Shown here: positions 59,753 to 64,000 of the stretch, in pieces
Layout: every line of letters begins with the position of its first letter
Position numbering within the stretch: the stretch's first letter is position 1
Assembly (NCBI GenBank): GCA_012295275.1
Contig: CM022679.1
Coordinates: forward strand, 4,464,001 to 4,528,000
Direction: 5' to 3'
Length of the DNA: 64,000 bases
Source: Chrysomallon squamiferum
Taxonomy: Eukaryota; Animalia; Mollusca
Program-made: the position numbers and the translations under genes
Notes under the pieces: generated by a model
Databases searched by the model: none
What the model was told of the DNA's origin: nothing
What the model saw: the letters and a program-made list of their open reading frames with translations, nothing else

Positions 59753-59758
59753 TTTATT
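59753..59758 (-). terminator. Candidate polyadenylation signal (AATAAA)
   Basis: TTTATT on + with a U-rich downstream region on the minus strand. The hexamer is common in AT-rich DNA, so it is weak evidence alone. Confidence 0.3.
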
Positions 59759-61002
59759 AAAAGACCATTCCATTCATTACCAAAAATAAAAAAACAGTAA
59801 CTGTTAATATTTATATTAAATTTTAAAAATATCACACATGGGATTAAACAAACATATTCTCACAGACTAAGACTGGGCACATTCAGTGTATGATCCCTTA
59901 ATTTTTTATAACCATACTTTTTTTTTTTTACTTTGTAAGAAAAATCCTCATTGAAACTGTATTTGAAATATCCACACACACACAGACATATGAATAAAAG
60001 TATACACCCTCGCATGTATTTAAATATATTAACTGAAAAAAAAAAATCAAAATTGCAGATATTACATATCACCAATCTGTAAAGCATCTATCAAACACAT
60101 TTCAGTTAATATTATTATAATATAAGCGTACAAAGTATATAATCAGATATGTCAAATAAAAACGTAAAATGATTAAAAGACTAACAAGGGTAACATGGAA
60201 TGAACATTATACAATATACAAACACATAAGTTATAATGGTACATAAAGAATATAACACTTAAAATGTTCAGGAATAATGGAATTTAATCAGTTAAAAAAT
60301 TAATGTTAGCTAATTTAATAATTTTGAATATAAATACAAAATTTAGACTTTAAAAATAATTTATCATTATTTGTTGTTGTTGTTGTTATTATTATTGTTG
60401 CAGTCGTTGTTGTAATGGTACAAGTAGTAGCAGTGAGAAAACGTTACAGCGAGTAATATTAATAATGCATTTCAGTGATAATGATGAAAAAAAAAGATTT
60501 CAAAATAAATTTATTAAAATAACTAATAAAAGATAACATGTAAATATAACAATAGTAATAATAATAACAATTATAAGAAGAACAAAAAGAAGACTAGTAG
60601 TAATAATAATAATAATAATTATAATAATAACAATAATAGTAATGTTACTGTCAGTTTGTTAAAATAGCTGCAGATTATAAAATAAAAAATAATATAAAGT
60701 CACATTTCACAAAACCTGTTCAGTTCTAGAAACAGCATTTAATGTAACAGATAATTACATACACACACACATACATACATACATTAAAATGTAGAAGCTG
60801 TATTGTTAAAACGAATATTTAAAAACATCAACATTTACTTTAATAATTAATATTTTATGAACAGTCAATCATAACTATACTTCTTCAGTAACTACAATAA
60901 AGAAAAGAAACTTGCTGTTTCTGCTCTTTGAACAACTATTAACAACAAGTGATCTTTTACTTGTAACTAAAACAGATAAAACAAAGTTTTGATGGACAAT
61001 TC

Positions 61003-61104
61003 TTGAGGAACCAGCTGGACAGGTAAACAGCTCAAACAGAGCTGTGTGGAGGATTGATCCACAATACCTCAGACTTTCATTCTAAAAATTCTAATAACCC
61101 AGCC
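61003..61104 (-). mobile_element. Possible decayed SINE head inside the putative 3' UTR
   Basis: Minus-strand B-box-like ggatcaatcct followed by gagctgttt...tccagctggt. It lacks CpG, unlike the 9205 copy. Confidence 0.3.
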
Positions 61105-61118
61105 TTGAATTCCTCATG

Positions 61119-61156
<38 letters not shown>

Positions 61157-61793
61157 CATCATCATCATGATAATTGTTATAAAATCCAATTTCAGAAAAA
61201 AAAAAAAAAAAAAAAAAAAAATTTCCAGACAGAAGACAAAGATACAAAGAAATTACGAAGACATTACTCTAAAGAAAGAAAAAGCACAATACTGAGAAAT
61301 CAAAGGTTTATCATGACAGTGCTGTGAATGGGTCTCAAGTTATCAGGATCCAGGATTAAACAAGCTTAAGACATTGAAGTTGACAGTAAAATGTTAATGA
61401 CGATTCTTAACATCATAACAAACTGACAGAAACGTAACAAGAGAGTTTATCTCGCTCGTGAAGTCTGACAGTGCAACTGATACAAGAGGATGATAACAAT
61501 GCACTAATAGTCAGTAATGGCAGTAATACTGTCGTAGTTGTATTTCTTGTTGTTGATGAAGAAGGTGGTGTTGTAGTAGTAGTAAAAAAAACAGAGATGA
61601 TAAGTATAAAATGTAATTTTTATAACAGATTTTGCATTTTTACTTCGACAGCAACTACTGTTATTATAAGTATACCACTTCTACTGTCAGAATTATCATT
61701 GCTTCTGTAAACTGTAACAACAACTGCTACCACAATATATAGTACTTTTTTACAACCCTGTTGCTATTGTTGCTGCTGCTGCTGCTGCTAATA

Positions 61794-61867
<74 letters not shown>

Positions 61868-62100
61868 TGATAATAATAATTACAAAAATAATAATAACAA
61901 TGATAATAATAATAATAATAATTACACAAATAATAATAGCAATGATAATAATAATAATAATAATAATAAAAATAAGAATAATAACTGTTGTATCTTGAAG
62001 TACTGCTAGTAGCAAGAGCAGTAGTAGTAACAGTTGTAACAACAGTAGTAGCATTAGTAGTAATAGCAGTAGTTGAAGTTTTACTAGTGTTAGTAGCAGC

Positions 62101-62140
<40 letters not shown>

Positions 62141-62217
62141 CTTGTCTAAGAATAAGGCTGACAAAACAACAGCATATAATATATGAATATATATATAAGA
62201 ATGTATATTTCATATCA

Positions 62218-62390
62218 GGATGAAATTAAACATACATTATTGTATCTCAAACTTAGTACACAAACAAAATATATTACTGCATCTTTAAATAATACTGGAA
62301 TTAAACATGTTACTATATCTCTAAATTGGCATGGAAACTAAATATGTGCAATTTCTTTAAATATGTAAAACAAACTGAAACATGCATATT
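62218..62390. repeat. Highly degenerate ~36-bp tandem repeat in the putative 3' UTR
   Basis: A pattern like aattaaacatgttactatatctctaaat recurs about 4-5 times. Confidence 0.5.
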
Positions 62391-62906
62391 TTTATACAGT
62401 TACATAATAAAATAACTGTTCAAAAGTATTCTGAGAGAACAAAATTTCAGAAAATACTTATGAAAGTCAGATATCTGTGTATCTATTTATATAACTAAAT
62501 ATCCTAGCTGAGGGATGATTCCAGGACAGTCACTATTATTATTATTATTATTAAATATATCAACATAAAATCAAAAAGAGAAAAAAGTTTTAGTATCACA
62601 GAATTTCTGTTAATCAACAAAATCTATCAAACTCACTGATATGCTTTCACACATACATTATACTTACATACACACATAAGTACACATTTACATGTAAATA
62701 TACATACATACATACATGCACTATATAACTGTATATACATGTATATATATATATATATATGTTTTACTTTAAATGTGTCTCTCTCTCTACACACACACAC
62801 ACACACACTTGCAGACAAACACACAAAGATTAAAAGAAAACTGTTTTAAAAAGAAGATAAGTAAAATCGCTCAGACATTCAGCACAGTTCACTCTGTGGA
62901 CAATGG

Positions 62907-63084
62907 TTAATGTCTCAAGATATGGTTGGTGTAAAAGCTTCTCATCAGCTGTATTGGGGAGAAGTAGAGAGTTGCATAGAAGAAGAAATCACAGATGAGT
63001 CGAGGTACGATAGGCCAGATGACGACAAAGATGCTCATGGACAGCAGCTGCTTCAAGTGTTGTTTGAGCAGCGACACTGACTGC
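62907..63084 (-). CDS. BFAR: Terminal coding exon of a BFAR-like gene (RING/SAM ER membrane E3 ligase family); upstream exons are not identified and probably lie right of the window
   Basis: Minus-strand acceptor ...tttatttacttacag|G at 63085/63084. The open frame reads QSVSLLKQHLKQLLSMSIFVVIWPIVPRLICDFFFYATLYFSPIQLMRSFYTNHILRH* with TAA at 62907-62909. IWPIVPRLICDFFFYATLYFSPI matches my recollection of the vertebrate BFAR C-terminus (FWPLIPQFVCNCLFYWALYFNPI); no database search was run. The exon is GC-richer than its flanks. Confidence 0.85.
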
Positions 63085-63635
63085 CTGTAAGTAAATAAAT
63101 AAATAAATAAAAACATATTAATTGACTTTTTGTTTAGGTGCCAGTGGTGGTTAAAGTGTGACGTTAGCAATATGGAGGAGAGAATGTGGTCTGTTTTAAA
63201 AACGTTTATGATTTCTGTGTAACTATTCTGGGTTTTTTATCTGTATTCGATTTTTTTATTATTATTTTTTATTTTAATTTTTTTAATTTTTTTAATTTTT
63301 TAATTTTATTTTTTTATTTTTATTTTTTTTTATATTATTTTATTTATTTTTTTTATTTTTTTTATTTATGTTTTATAATTTTTTATTTTTTTTTTCATTT
63401 ATTATTTTTTTTAATTTAATTTAATTTTATTTTGTTATTTTATTTTATTTTTTTTTGTGATTTGTTGATATTTTTCTGTATTTCATTTTTTTTTTTTTAA
63501 TTTTTAAATTTTTTTTTTTTTTTTTCCAATCTCCTTCCAGATATTTCCACACGAAACACCCAACACAACTAATTGAAATAATGCAGCAAAAATCTAAATT
63601 TCTCTTTTTAATTCCCATTACATTAACCGAATACC

Positions 63636-63680
<45 letters not shown>

Positions 63681-64000
63681 AATTGCTTCAGTATTCCATT
63701 CTATCAGTCAGTTTTAAATCTACGCCAGTTTTAATAAACACAACACAAAAGCAGTTTCTACACATAAAACATGCTGGTACAAATGCACTGGCCCAGCAGT
63801 TATAGTACATGTGTCCAGCTTCTACTAAAGGGATAAAAAGACATGGCGATTGCTGTTAACTTTCTTACAATGTCTGAACTCAAGAGAAGGGAGACATAGC
63901 AGACAAAAAATATTAGCCAACTGACCACAAATGTGGACACATAAATGTGAATATATCACTTTATACATTAAAAAATAAAAATAAATATATGTTTACATAT

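Larger units (their letters stand above)
59735..62906 (-). other. Putative 3' UTR of the BFAR-like gene (left boundary uncertain)
   Basis: Follows the stop codon and is CpG-poor. Candidate minus-strand AATAAA hexamers occur at 59753-59758 and about 60510-60515. The first is followed on the minus strand by T-rich sequence (59480-59690). Confidence 0.4.

Noticed and set aside
63800-63940. Hydrophobic minus-strand frame VSTFVVSWLIFFVCYVSLLLSS as a possible preceding BFAR exon
   Set aside because: It does not resemble the expected upstream BFAR sequence as I recall it, and the donor site is weak.

Overview
AT-rich, microsatellite-saturated eukaryotic genomic DNA from an invertebrate. A mollusc, possibly a gastropod, is my best inference from the repeat content and has not been verified. 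Nearly all supplied ORFs are translations of simple repeats. The only protein-coding segment I can support is a minus-strand terminal exon at 62907-63084, whose product resembles the C-terminal membrane segment of BFAR (bifunctional apoptosis regulator). A CpG-poor putative 3' UTR extends leftwards from it, possibly to about 59.7 kb. The other ~59 kb has no recognisable gene. It contains short CpG-retaining, motif-rich islands (enhancer-like), two 260-300 bp inverted-repeat pairs (32.4/36.0 kb and 44.6/46.1 kb), several minisatellites, small hairpins, decayed tRNA-SINE heads and two possible LINE relics. I found no CRISPR array, rRNA, intact tRNA or intact transposon. I cannot support a claim of a new biological system. 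The best leads are the inverted-repeat pairs and the regulatory-island landscape. All alignments and counts were done by eye.
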